Assembly: GCA_037441385.1 (NCBI GenBank) | Contig: JBBISH010000020.1 | Coordinates: 98 to 64,097 of the forward strand | DNA from: Myxococcales bacterium | Lineage (GTDB): Bacteria; Myxococcota_A; UBA9042 | Length of the DNA: 64,000 nucleotides | Direction of reading: 5' to 3' | In this document: in pieces, positions 17,577 to 27,282 of the stretch | Layout: every line of letters starts with the position of its first letter | Position numbering within the stretch: the first letter of the stretch is position 1 | Translations under genes and position numbers: made by a program | Notes under the pieces: generated by a model | What the model was told of the DNA's origin: nothing | Database searches by the model: none | What the model saw: only the letters and a program-made list of their open reading frames with translations

Positions 17577-19184
17577 GTGTCCATGAAACCGCCCGGCAAC
17601 CCGGCCACTCGGCCGGTCACTCGAGCACAGCGCCCGTCGATGGTGGCCCTGACGCTGGATGGACTGGCCGCCATCGACTCGGCCTTTCGCACGGTGCCCG
17701 GCATGGTGTTCTTGGCCACGCTGGTCGTGTTGCTGGTCTTGGCCGCGGTCACGCTGCGCGATAGCTACAGCGACTCGGAGCTTTGGCGCGTGTCCGAGGC
17801 GGCGGCCCAAAACACCGTGGACTTGGCCGAGGCGCGCCTGCAACTGGCCTTGAATCAGCAGCCGACGAGCGGATTCGTCGCCGCCGTGCGGCAAGTTCAG
17901 CGCGAGATCAAGGGCATCACGCGTCTGGATCTGGTTGACGCGAACGGCCACGTACGCGCTTCGAGCGCCCCCGACGGCGGCGAGCAACACCTGTCGGCCA
18001 GTACGCAAGCGAGTATGCGCCACGCCGCCCTGTACGGCACCGCCCTGGGCTCGGTGGGCAACACCACGTTGGCTGTGCGGCAAGTCGTGGTGCGGCCGGA
18101 TCCGGCGACGCCCGCGCCGCAGGCGTGGTTGATGCTCGCGGTCGTGGACGATCGGGTGGCCGTGACCGTGCGCGCGCACATGCTCCAGACGATGCGGTTC
18201 ACCACGGCCACGCTTCTGCTTGCGGCAGTCGCGGTTGCGTTCTTCATCCACTGGCGGCTGATCCTGCCGGCCCAACGGCTGGGGCGGCACATGCAGGCGC
18301 TGGCCAGCACCAAAGGCGCGTCGCCCATCGACCTGGTGGCGATCCCGGCCGAGCTGCGGCCAATTGCCGAGGGCTTCAACCTGGGCATCGACGGTCTGAG
18401 GAAGGCGCGCCAGCAGCTGGACTGGCTGGATCGCGACCGTTTCGAGCGGGTCGAGCGGTTGGCCACGATCGGCCGCCTGTCGGCGATGATCGCCCACGAG
18501 ATCCGCAATCCGCTGGCGGGAATCGCCAATGCCGTGGCGGTGATCGTCCGGGAAGTACCCATGGACGACGAGTCCAAGGGCATCTTGGAAGAAGTGCAGG
18601 CGCAGGCGCGGCGGCTGTCCACGACGCTCACCGACCTGTTGCGCAGCACTCAACCGCATGAGCCGCAACGTATTCCTGTCGACTCCGGGCGCTTGGTCGA
18701 GCGCACCGTGGCGATGATGCGGCCGTCCTTTCAACGCTGCGGCCAGTCGCTAGAGGCGGTGGTCGACCGGCGGACGCCCAAGGTAGTGGTCGACGAGGAG
18801 TGGCTCGTCCAGGTGCTAGTCAACCTGATGGTCAATGCCAACGAGGCCATGGGGCAGGGTGGCATCGCCCAGGTGCGCCTGGCGCCCAGTCCCGACCGGC
18901 AGGGGTTTGCCCGCCTGGAAGTGGAAGACACCGGCGTAGGCATGGCCCCCGATGTCCTTGCGCGCGCTGGGGAACCGTTCTTTACGACCCGCGAGCGCGG
19001 CACCGGGCTGGGCCTCGCCATGTCGCGCAGCTTGATGGAGCGCCTGGGCGGCACGCTAGAGCTGCAGTCCACTCTGGGCCGCGGGACCACCGTCCGCGTT
19101 GAACTGCCGCTGGCCGATTCTGAGGCGCCGCAAGACATGGGCGCCGACTCCGACCCACAGCGCCTTCAGAACCGATCGATCTAG
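17577..19184 (+). CDS. Membrane sensor histidine kinase (2 TM, HAMP, HisKA, HATPase)
   Basis: H-box AHEIRNPL, N-box QVLVNLMVNA, DTGVG, EPFFTT, GTGLGL. Confidence 0.93.
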   Translation: MSMKPPGNPATRPVTRAQRPSMVALTLDGLAAIDSAFRTVPGMVFLATLVVLLVLAAVTLRDSYSDSELWRVSEAAAQNTVDLAEARLQLALNQQPTSGFVAAVRQVQREIKGITRLDLVDANGHVRASSAPDGGEQHLSASTQASMRHAALYGTALGSVGNTTLAVRQVVVRPDPATPAPQAWLMLAVVDDRVAVTVRAHMLQTMRFTTATLLLAAVAVAFFIHWRLILPAQRLGRHMQALASTKGASPIDLVAIPAELRPIAEGFNLGIDGLRKARQQLDWLDRDRFERVERLATIGRLSAMIAHEIRNPLAGIANAVAVIVREVPMDDESKGILEEVQAQARRLSTTLTDLLRSTQPHEPQRIPVDSGRLVERTVAMMRPSFQRCGQSLEAVVDRRTPKVVVDEEWLVQVLVNLMVNANEAMGQGGIAQVRLAPSPDRQGFARLEVEDTGVGMAPDVLARAGEPFFTTRERGTGLGLAMSRSLMERLGGTLELQSTLGRGTTVRVELPLADSEAPQDMGADSDPQRLQNRSI

Positions 19185-19203
19185 ACAGCCTGACCGATGT
19201 TCG

Positions 19204-19272
19204 ATGCCGGTTCCGTCCGCATCGGACCGAAAACACGGGCAATTTTTCGGGCCCGAACCGGGGTGCGCATAA
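19204..19272 (+). repeat. Short copy of repeat family A inside a second repeat (family B)
   Basis: GTTCCGTCCGCATCGGACCGAAAACACGGGCAATTTTTCGGGCCCGAACCGGGGG followed directly by the family right end TGCGCAT; flanks match 51121-51185 in reverse. Confidence 0.75.
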
Positions 19273-19700
19273 CGTCATCAGTTTGGCGCAGTGTCGGGTT
19301 CTTTGGGCTGGGTGGGTCGCCAAGCGCGCCACGAGGCTTCGCGCGGCAGCTGCTTTTTTTGCCGCGGCGGCCAAACGTTGAGAATTGTGTCGAAACCTCA
19401 AGGCCGTGCTCTGCAGGTGGCGACGCAGCGCGATTTGCCCCCATGCCCGCGGTTTGGGGTGTGTGAAATGGCGCCCCTGGCGAGATCGCGTCGAAATCGG
19501 CACAATGCAGAAATAGCCCGTGTATCTAGCATGTTACGCAGTTCTAACCGCCTCTTGCCGTCTTTCGCGCTGAACGGGGTGCGTCAAATGCCACAGTGCC
19601 GCACCGCCGTTTCAAGCGCCTGGACCGCCGCTGCGCCGTGAATCGCCCAAAACACGCTTCGATACAATACCATACATAAGAGTGACACAAGGCCTTCATC

Positions 19701-19717
19701 TTGGCATCGGTCGTGCA
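19701..19717 (+). promoter_or_regulatory. Sigma54 (-24/-12) promoter of the OmcE-like gene
   Basis: TTGGCATCGGTCGTGCA has exact GG-N10-GC spacing, ~90 bp upstream of ATG 19806; a sigma54 activator is encoded nearby. Confidence 0.7.
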
Positions 19718-19805
19718 AGGTCTACTGGTCAGGTGCGGTCAGCGCTGTGTACGCGCCGACAGACCGTCAGCGCCGCCACGATCGCGGTATCTTTGAGGTG
19801 TCATT

Positions 19806-20426
19806 ATGAAACGTTTTCCTGTCCTAGGTCTTGCTGCCCTTGTTCTTGGTTGCCTCGTCACGCTGCTGGTTCTGCCCAGTGAGCGCGTGGAAGCAGGCAT
19901 CGCCGGCACCAAGCACGATTTGTCGGGCAAGAACTGGGGCAGCAACCAGCTGTGCATCTTCTGCCATACCCCCCACAATGCCAGCACCGCGGCCCAGCCG
20001 TTGTGGAACCACGCCATCACGGCGTCGACGTTCACGGTCTACTCCAGCTCGACCTTGGACGCCACCGTCGGCCAGCCGGACGGCTCTTCGAAGCTCTGCC
20101 TGTCCTGCCACGACGGCACCGTCGCCAACGACTCGTTCGGCGCGCAGACCGGTACGCACATGATCAGCGGCACGCCGTTGCTGGGCAAAGACCTGTCGAA
20201 TGACCACCCGATCTCGTTCACCTACGACGCCGCCCTGGCGACGACGGACGGTGGCCTGGTCACGCCGGTCAGCGCGGCCTACGTCGACGCGGCCAAGAAG
20301 CTTCCGCTCTACACCGCCAAGATGCAGTGCGCCACTTGCCACTCGGTCCACGACAACACCAACGGCTTCTTCCTGCGCATGAGCAACGCGGGTTCGGCCA
20401 TGTGCCTGTCCTGCCACAACAAGTAG
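19806..20426 (+). CDS. omcE: OmcE-family tetraheme c-type cytochrome (putative nanowire subunit)
   Basis: Signal peptide then TKHDLS, CIFCHTPHNA, PLWN, TASTFTVYSSS, CLSCHDG, DLSNDHP, CATCHSVHDN, FLR, CLSCHNK-stop: same motif order as Geobacter OmcE as I recall it. Confidence 0.82.
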   Translation: MKRFPVLGLAALVLGCLVTLLVLPSERVEAGIAGTKHDLSGKNWGSNQLCIFCHTPHNASTAAQPLWNHAITASTFTVYSSSTLDATVGQPDGSSKLCLSCHDGTVANDSFGAQTGTHMISGTPLLGKDLSNDHPISFTYDAALATTDGGLVTPVSAAYVDAAKKLPLYTAKMQCATCHSVHDNTNGFFLRMSNAGSAMCLSCHNK

Positions 20427-20548
20427 CCGCCCCACTTCGATCTCGTCTGGGCTAGGGCTACAGGGCAACGGGCCCCTCGACCGGTCGCGCAAGCAAGCTG
20501 TTCACCCCGGCAAAACTTCGCCGACGCTCACTCAAACCCAGACGTCCG

Positions 20549-20606
20549 AGACTTCGCTCCACCATCGCAACGCGGTCCGCGTGCGGTGGTGGACGAAGTC
20601 TTTTTT
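20549..20606 (+). terminator. Intrinsic terminator with long stem downstream of the OmcE-like gene
   Basis: GACTTCG-C-TCCACCATCGCA-ACGCG pairs with CGCGT-GCGGTGGTGGA-CGAAGTC, followed by T6. Confidence 0.75.
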
Positions 20607-20953
20607 GGGTATCAAACCATCCATAGTGGCTGACCACTGACGCGATTCGGAGGGATGGGCAAGAACACCAGTGCGATCCGCAAGGTATCGCAGCGTGGAC
20701 TGCCGCGCCGACTCCGCAAGACTCCTCACAAACGCCCTCCACGGTTCTGTGACACAACGTTTCAAATTGACCCAATACGAAGACTGTCACGCCTGTATAT
20801 TTCGATGTAATCATAGGATAAATCGGTTTCGGAGGGAGGATGGGCTCTGGGCGGGCGACTGGACAGCGCCAGCGGCGGCGCGCAAAATGAGCCTGCCTGC
20901 TCGTTGAGTCCCTCTCCCAATTCCCCTGTCCTGACCATCCAGTAGAGGCCCCC

Positions 20954-22309
20954 ATGCAACAGCCACCCATGCGCGACGGAAGCCAATCGCCGCACGCCGC
21001 CGCCCAACCAGCGGCGGTGCGCTCTGTCTGGCTCCGGGGGGCGAGCCGGATGGTGTGCTTGGCGCTGGCCGCGCTGGTCGCCGTGGGCACGTTGGGCTGT
21101 TCTGGGCCGGGCTTGCGCAAGCCCACGTTGCGTCTGTACCCGCCGCTGCCGAACAAGCCCCGGATGCAGTTCTTGGCCAGTTTTTCGACCGCCGTCGATG
21201 TCGAGCAGAACTCTACGGTAGAGGAGTTCCTGGTCGGCAAGGACCCCACCGTGGCGGCGCTGCGCAAGCCCACCTGCGCGGTCATCGTGCAGGATCGGGT
21301 GGTGGTTGGCGATATCGGCGCGCACTCGCTGGTGGTATTTGACCTGAAAACCAGTCAGTTTCGGCCTATGCGCGGCGACTCGGGCGAGGGCAAAGTCAAG
21401 CAGCCCGTGCAGATGACGGTCGCCGAAGACGGCACTCTGTACGTCGCCGACGCGGGCCGCGGTCAAGTGCTGGCCTACGATCAAGACGAAAACTACCTGC
21501 AGGCCTACGGAACCGAGGGGCAGGTCAAGCCAGTGGGCGTGGCCGTGTACCGCGATTCGATCTACGCCTGCGACCGCGATCGGCATCAAGTCGTGGTGTT
21601 CGACCGGCGTACATCGCTAGTAATGCGGCGAATCGGCTCTGAGGGCACCGAACCCGGCAAGCTCTACATTCCCACGGCGGTGGCGGTTGGACCAGATGGC
21701 GACCTGTACGTGGCCGAAACCGGCAACTTTCGCGTTCAACGTCTGCGCCAAGACGGGACCAGTGTGCGCGTGTATGGCGGCTTGGGCGACACGCCTGGCA
21801 CCTTCACTCGGCCGCGCGGAGTCGCCGTGGATCCGACCGGGCGCTTGTTCGTAGTCGACGCCGCGTTCGAGAACGTGCAAGTGTTTGACCCAGATGGTCA
21901 CCTGCTCATGTTCTTTGGCGGCCCCGGCAATGCCCAAGGCGAGTTGGTGCTGCCGGCTGGCATCGACGTCAGCCGGGCATCGCTGAACCATTTCGCGAAG
22001 ATCGCCGATCCGCGCATGAAGCTGGAGTACCTGGTTTCTGTCGTGAGCCAGTACGGCCCCAATCGCGTGAGTATCTTTGGCTTTGGCGACTGGCAAGGTC
22101 CGTACCAAGCCCCGGCCGCGGCGCCACCCGCCAAGACGGGACCCGCATCGCCAGCTCCCGATAAGGCCGCGGCGCCTGCCGACAAGCCGACGGTGCCGCC
22201 GGCAGACAAGGCTACGCCGCCCGCAGCGGACAAGCCGGCAGCGCCCCCGGTCGACAAGGCCGCGCCGCCACCGGTCAAGGGCCCGTCGGCCAAGGAGCGC
22301 AAGGGCTAA
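20954..22309 (+). CDS. NHL-repeat (6-bladed beta-propeller) lipoprotein with Pro/Ala/Lys-rich tail
   Basis: Lipobox TLGC; YPPLPNKPRMQFL; NHL blades (LYIPTAVAVGPDGDLYVAET, FTRPRGVAVDPTGRLFVVDAAFENVQVF); PADK repeats. Confidence 0.88.
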   Translation: MQQPPMRDGSQSPHAAAQPAAVRSVWLRGASRMVCLALAALVAVGTLGCSGPGLRKPTLRLYPPLPNKPRMQFLASFSTAVDVEQNSTVEEFLVGKDPTVAALRKPTCAVIVQDRVVVGDIGAHSLVVFDLKTSQFRPMRGDSGEGKVKQPVQMTVAEDGTLYVADAGRGQVLAYDQDENYLQAYGTEGQVKPVGVAVYRDSIYACDRDRHQVVVFDRRTSLVMRRIGSEGTEPGKLYIPTAVAVGPDGDLYVAETGNFRVQRLRQDGTSVRVYGGLGDTPGTFTRPRGVAVDPTGRLFVVDAAFENVQVFDPDGHLLMFFGGPGNAQGELVLPAGIDVSRASLNHFAKIADPRMKLEYLVSVVSQYGPNRVSIFGFGDWQGPYQAPAAAPPAKTGPASPAPDKAAAPADKPTVPPADKATPPAADKPAAPPVDKAAPPPVKGPSAKERKG

Positions 22310-22311
22310 CC

Positions 22312-23238
22312 ATGGCGCGCGACTGGTCATCCATGCTGCGGCGCGGTACGCGAGCTTTGGCTTCGGCGGCCTGGCTGGGTGCGGCCGTGGCAGTTTGCCT
22401 GTCGTGTTCCAATCCTGCACAGCGCCGCGCCACGTTGGCTTTCTTCTTTGACGGCGTGCCCGAAACCGATGGCGAGCCGACCGATGTCGCCGGTCGCTGC
22501 ATTGCCCACAAGGTCGCAGTGCAATCGGCCAGTCGCGAAGAGCCCAAGCCCGATCCCTTTGCCCACGCGCCATTTCGCGATGGCCGCTGCAAAGAGTGCC
22601 ACGACCGGTTACTGCGGCCCATGAAGTCGACGGCCGAGCTGTGTCTGACCTGCCATTCGGCCGAAAAGGTTGTACCCAAGACCGCCCACTCGCCGGTCTC
22701 GGATGGCGATTGCGCCGTATGTCACCAGCCGCACACGGGTACCGAGCCCAAGCTGCTGCGCGCCCCCACCGAGTCGCTGTGTACGGGCTGCCACGAAACC
22801 GGGGACGCCGCGTCCGAGGCCCGTCACCGTTTGTTGGGCAAGCAGCGCACGTGCACCAACTGCCACGAGGCGCACGGGTCCAGCGGCCCGGCGTTCTTGA
22901 AGCCCCCCAGCGTCGGGCTGTGCGGCGGTTGTCATATCCTTGAATTCGCGAAAAAGGCTGAGCTTCATTCGCCGGCAGAGGGCGGCGAGTGCTACGCCTG
23001 CCACACGCGCCACGGCTCTGGCCAGCCCAAATTGGTCGCCGGTCCCATCGAGGCTCTGTGCTTTGGCTGCCACGACGAGAAGGAAGTCCGCGGCCGGGCA
23101 GCGCACGCCAAGCTGGGCGGGGCGCGCTGCACCAAGTGCCACGATCCCCACGGCACGGGCCAGCGCTTCATGCTACGCCCCGTGGCCGCCGGCAGTAGTC
23201 GCAAAGTCGGCGCCGTCGACCGAAAGGGGGCGAGGTGA
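22312..23238 (+). CDS. Multiheme c-type cytochrome lipoprotein, 9 CXXCH
   Basis: Lipobox-like CLSC, FFFDGVP, nine CXXCH in paired HxP-CxxCHxxH-LCxxCH arrangement. Confidence 0.9.
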   Translation: MARDWSSMLRRGTRALASAAWLGAAVAVCLSCSNPAQRRATLAFFFDGVPETDGEPTDVAGRCIAHKVAVQSASREEPKPDPFAHAPFRDGRCKECHDRLLRPMKSTAELCLTCHSAEKVVPKTAHSPVSDGDCAVCHQPHTGTEPKLLRAPTESLCTGCHETGDAASEARHRLLGKQRTCTNCHEAHGSSGPAFLKPPSVGLCGGCHILEFAKKAELHSPAEGGECYACHTRHGSGQPKLVAGPIEALCFGCHDEKEVRGRAAHAKLGGARCTKCHDPHGTGQRFMLRPVAAGSSRKVGAVDRKGAR

Positions 23239-25202
23239 AGCTCTCGCGCCGGACCATAGGCAACGGCTTGGCGGCACTGGCGATGATCGCCGGCCTGGCG
23301 CCCCATCCCGCACAGGCGGCCGAGGTCCGTTGGCTGCGCCTGGACCACAGCCACGCCCTCTACGACGCCATCGTGGGCGCTCAGTTCCGCGACATGGGCC
23401 TGGACGCGGCCACTCACTCTAAGGTCGCGCAATCCGTGCTGATTTTTGGTGAGCGACTGGGCGTGATGGCCAAAGGCTCGGTGCTGCATCCTCGCTTCTT
23501 GACGTTCAACGGAAGCGTCAGTCTGCTGGCCCTGCAGCAGTCGCGCAGCGGCTACTTGGTCACCAGCACGGACATGACGAACACGTTCCGGGCGGAGTAC
23601 CGGGCCACGGCGACGGTCAAGAAGGACAGCTCGACGCCGCTCATGCTGACGGCAGATCGCACAACCGACATCATTCGGCGCGATTTCGTACCCAATTATG
23701 ATCTCTTACGTACATCTCATACCGCCAACTGGCTGTGGCAGAACAGTATTGCTCCCATCAACTTGGGGATCGCCAAGACCTCGATGGAGTACGGGCAAGG
23801 CGATCCCGGCTACGGCGCGGATGACCTGATTCAGGCCACCGCCAGCGCACGCGCCAAGCAGCCGTCTTCGGACGCCGCGCTGGAGTACCGGCTGCTCGAC
23901 TACACCAATTTGCAGCGCTCGTGGCTCACCTACCGCAGCCACGACGCCATGGCCAGCTACATCTGGCGCAGCGACCCGTGCACACCGCGCCGGTACCAAT
24001 TCGACAGCAGTCTTAGGTACCTGGACCGCACCAGCGGTTCGTCGATGGCCCAGTGGTTGGGCGACGCCATGGGCACCGTGTGGTGGTCGGACCCACTGAC
24101 CATGCGGCTCGGCTACCGGCTGCTGCACCAAGACACTGGCGCCTCCACGGTTTTGCAGCACACCGGCTGGACCGATGTGCGCTACCGCTTTTATCGGAGC
24201 CTGACGCTCGGCGCTTCGGCGCAGGGTGGATCGCGCAGCGTGAGCGGCAGCGACCGCTTGTTTGGCAGCGTGTCCAGCGAGGTGGGCTACGTCAAGAAGC
24301 TCGGCTCGTTCGGGACCACCAATCAGCTGTGGCAGCAGACCTACTATACCGAGAAGGGCGACAACCTGGGCGGTTTGCGCCAGGTGACCGGCGAGCCACA
24401 CATCCTCAGTTCCACCGAGCCGGCGGTTCTTCAGTACGAGAAGGTGCTACGTTCGTCGCTCAAAGTGTACGACGCCGCTACCCTCAAACAATACGTAGAG
24501 ACGCAGGATTATGTGGTGTTCGAGACGGGGCAGCGGCTGACGTTGCGGCGGGCAGTGGGCAGCACCATGCCTGACGGTACGGCGGTGCGGGTGGACTACC
24601 AGTACGAGGAGCCGATTGGGGTTGGCCTGAGCTGGTACGACAACCGCTGGGTTGGTCGCCACAGCTTGCCCATCGGCCAAAGCGTGGTTACCTATGCCGA
24701 AGTGTCAGAGCGTTGGACGGACCGGCAGATCGCGGGTCAGGGCTCGCGCACCGACCGCTTCGAGAATCTGCAGTTGGGCGTGACGGGCCGCTGGCGCGTC
24801 TTGGATGCGACGATCGAAGGTCGCCGTTGGCGCGCCATGGACTTTCGGGTCTACGAACTTTCGGCCCAGCTTGGTCTGACCGAGAGCCTTGGTCAATTGC
24901 GTGCGACGCTGGGCAACCGGGCGCTGGTCCAGTGGATGGGCAACGAAACCTGGTATAACTACGAGACTTATCTGGACGGCACCATGCCGATCACCAATCA
25001 GTCGGCGATGGGCGGGCGGTTCCGCTACTTGGCGCGCGCGGGCCTTGAAGGGATGACGCAGACGCTGGACGGCGACGCGTACACCTGGTGGCAGTGGCGC
25101 CAAATCCGCGTGCGCCTAGACTACCGCGTGCAAGCGACCTGGCGGGCCGACACAGCGACCCAGAGCCATCGTCTCTTCCTTAGTGTCGGGAGGCCGTTGT
25201 GA
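23235..25202 (+). CDS. Putative outer-membrane beta-barrel protein associated with cytochromes
   Basis: Signal peptide (AQA); Tyr/Trp/Thr/Ser-rich amphipathic strands; ends HRLFLSVGRPL; overlaps cytochrome genes on both sides. Confidence 0.72.
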   Translation: MKLSRRTIGNGLAALAMIAGLAPHPAQAAEVRWLRLDHSHALYDAIVGAQFRDMGLDAATHSKVAQSVLIFGERLGVMAKGSVLHPRFLTFNGSVSLLALQQSRSGYLVTSTDMTNTFRAEYRATATVKKDSSTPLMLTADRTTDIIRRDFVPNYDLLRTSHTANWLWQNSIAPINLGIAKTSMEYGQGDPGYGADDLIQATASARAKQPSSDAALEYRLLDYTNLQRSWLTYRSHDAMASYIWRSDPCTPRRYQFDSSLRYLDRTSGSSMAQWLGDAMGTVWWSDPLTMRLGYRLLHQDTGASTVLQHTGWTDVRYRFYRSLTLGASAQGGSRSVSGSDRLFGSVSSEVGYVKKLGSFGTTNQLWQQTYYTEKGDNLGGLRQVTGEPHILSSTEPAVLQYEKVLRSSLKVYDAATLKQYVETQDYVVFETGQRLTLRRAVGSTMPDGTAVRVDYQYEEPIGVGLSWYDNRWVGRHSLPIGQSVVTYAEVSERWTDRQIAGQGSRTDRFENLQLGVTGRWRVLDATIEGRRWRAMDFRVYELSAQLGLTESLGQLRATLGNRALVQWMGNETWYNYETYLDGTMPITNQSAMGGRFRYLARAGLEGMTQTLDGDAYTWWQWRQIRVRLDYRVQATWRADTATQSHRLFLSVGRPL

Positions 25203-26572
25203 CGACGCGAACATCCCATTGGCGTAGCCCAAGTGTGCCGTGGACGGTGGCGGCCTTGCTGGTGCTGCTCGTCGCGTCGGGGCAGGCGGCAGAACCCAGC
25301 AGCCAGCACAGCTCGGTGACGGGTTCGCCGCACGATTTAAGCAAGTCTCTTCCTGGGTTGCGTGCCGACGGCGAGTCGTGCGTGTTTTGCCACAGCACCC
25401 ACCAGGCGGGCCGAGAGGGACCGCTGTGGAATGTGGAGCCCAGTCATCGGGTCTACCGGCCCTATCAAGGCTCGGAAGGGGGCGTGCCGCGCGGGCAGCC
25501 CGACGGGAGCAGCAAGCTGTGCTTGTCCTGTCACGATGGGCTGGTTGCGCCGCTGATCCGGAGATTGCCTTCTGCCGGCGGTGGTTCCAGTCCCGTGCAG
25601 TTGCAGCCCAGCCTGGACCGCACGGCCGGCGACCTGGCCACCAGCCATCCGGTGTCGACCAGCTACCTGGCGACGACCGCACGGCTGCAGTGGCAGTTGC
25701 TGCCGGCCGAACTGGTGCGGCGGCAAGCCGTGCCAGGCACCGCGGCTCCTATCGATCCGCAAGGGCGAATTCAGTGCACCTCGTGCCACGACCCACACAA
25801 CAACCGCAACGGCAGCTTCTTGCGGTTACCCCAGGAAGGCGATCGCCTGTGCCGATCGTGTCACGATCCGCGCGGCTACGACACTGCAGCCCACGTTGGC
25901 CCCCAAAGCAACGGCCAAAAGATGGGATGCAGTAGCTGCCACGTCTCGCACGGCGCGGTGTTGGGCACCGCAATGCTGCGCGCTGTCGAGCCGGTCCTTT
26001 GCATCCAGTGCCATCGCGAGCAACTGCGCGCGACCACGTTGATCACGGGCGGGCACGGCGCCGTCCAGCACGGCGAGCGGCGTTCGGTCCAGCGGGTAGA
26101 CTGCAGCACGTGCCACGATCCGCACGTGGTCAAGGCGCGGGCGACGTGGGACCGCTCGTTCTTGACCGACCCGCGCGATCGCATGGGCCGGCCGCGCCTG
26201 ATGTTGTCTGAAGACACGCCGTTCTCTGGCACGGCCGATCCTCTGAACGCCTACCGCAGTTCGCCCACCTTCTGCCTGACGTGCCACGACGGGTCTTGGC
26301 AGGGCGCGAGCAACATCGTGGGCGAACTGGTCCAGGCCGCAGTCCGCTCGTCGGAATTCGTCATGGGCAATTCGAACCTGCACATCGTGCACAGCAGCTT
26401 GCGCGGCGGCGAGCGCGTGGGCTGCACCTACTGCCACGATGTCCACGGATCCAACGGCAACGCTGGAATTCGCCGCGGCGCGATGCTGCCAGCCTGGCTG
26501 GCCGTTCGGGAATTTCCGTACGTACGCAAGCAGTCCTGTGGGTCGGCCGACCCAGCAGGTCGCTGCCACTAG
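25199..26572 (+). CDS. Multiheme cytochrome c with N-terminal OmcE-like module (9 CXXCH plus terminal CX8CH)
   Basis: PHDLS, CVFCH, PLWN, GQPDGSSKLCLSCHDG (identical to the 19806 protein), HPV, CTSCHDPH, FLR, CRSCH, then five more CXXCH. Confidence 0.9.
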   Translation: MTTRTSHWRSPSVPWTVAALLVLLVASGQAAEPSSQHSSVTGSPHDLSKSLPGLRADGESCVFCHSTHQAGREGPLWNVEPSHRVYRPYQGSEGGVPRGQPDGSSKLCLSCHDGLVAPLIRRLPSAGGGSSPVQLQPSLDRTAGDLATSHPVSTSYLATTARLQWQLLPAELVRRQAVPGTAAPIDPQGRIQCTSCHDPHNNRNGSFLRLPQEGDRLCRSCHDPRGYDTAAHVGPQSNGQKMGCSSCHVSHGAVLGTAMLRAVEPVLCIQCHREQLRATTLITGGHGAVQHGERRSVQRVDCSTCHDPHVVKARATWDRSFLTDPRDRMGRPRLMLSEDTPFSGTADPLNAYRSSPTFCLTCHDGSWQGASNIVGELVQAAVRSSEFVMGNSNLHIVHSSLRGGERVGCTYCHDVHGSNGNAGIRRGAMLPAWLAVREFPYVRKQSCGSADPAGRCH

Positions 26573-26679
26573 GACGCGAAGCCGATTTTCACGGAGCACT
26601 AGGGCGCTTGCCGCTGCCGGGCCAGAGGCTGGCGGCACTTGATGACAAGCCTGGCACGCAGACAGGCAAAGGGGACCAG

Positions 26680-27099
26680 ATGGCCAAGAGATTGTCCAAG
26701 AGAGGGGGCAACATGTGGGTGGCATTCAGTTCGGTGGTCGTACTGGGCGCCGTGGTGGTCGCGTGCACCCACGCCGACGTGGTCGAAAGCTCCCACCACC
26801 GCACGGTGCGTGCCACGGGTACCGGCCCGTTGGCGCCGATTCCCGATGAGCTGGCCGTGTCCCGCCATGCGCCCTACGAAAGCGATGCCTGCGAAGCCTG
26901 CCACCAGCACGCCAACCCCGCGGACCCGGGGCCGGTCAAGGCCGGCGCGGCCGAGGGCTGCGTGACCTGTCACGAAGAGGTTCCCAGCCAAGTGTCGGCC
27001 GGTGCTGCAGGTCGCCGCATCGCGCATCCGGGTACCCATTCGATCTGCAACAAGTGCCACAACCCACACAATTCTCGGAAGAGCGGGCTGATGCTCTAG
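26680..27099 (+). CDS. Small triheme c-type cytochrome lipoprotein
   Basis: Lipobox VVAC; CEACH, CVTCH, CNKCHNPH; start at 26680 or 26713. Confidence 0.82.
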   Translation: MAKRLSKRGGNMWVAFSSVVVLGAVVVACTHADVVESSHHRTVRATGTGPLAPIPDELAVSRHAPYESDACEACHQHANPADPGPVKAGAAEGCVTCHEEVPSQVSAGAAGRRIAHPGTHSICNKCHNPHNSRKSGLML

Positions 27100-27282
27100 G
27101 TGGAAAATGCCAGGGGGGCGCGCCGCGCAGGCAAGGCCCCCGTCCCTTGCGACCCCTGCGTGCGGCTGGTGCCGCCTGGTCCACCAAGGGGTTGCAACCC
27201 GGCGCGAACGAACGACTAGTTGGACTGGGGCGGCAGGCCCAAACGCGGCGGAGATCGAACCGTCCAACACAATGGGGGCAAT

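Noticed and set aside
19266-19392. Integron attC site (GCATAAC / GTCTAAC boxes in repeat family B)
   Set aside because: An R''-like box and a short inverted repeat exist, but no correctly spaced GTTRRRY partner and no integrase or cassette array.
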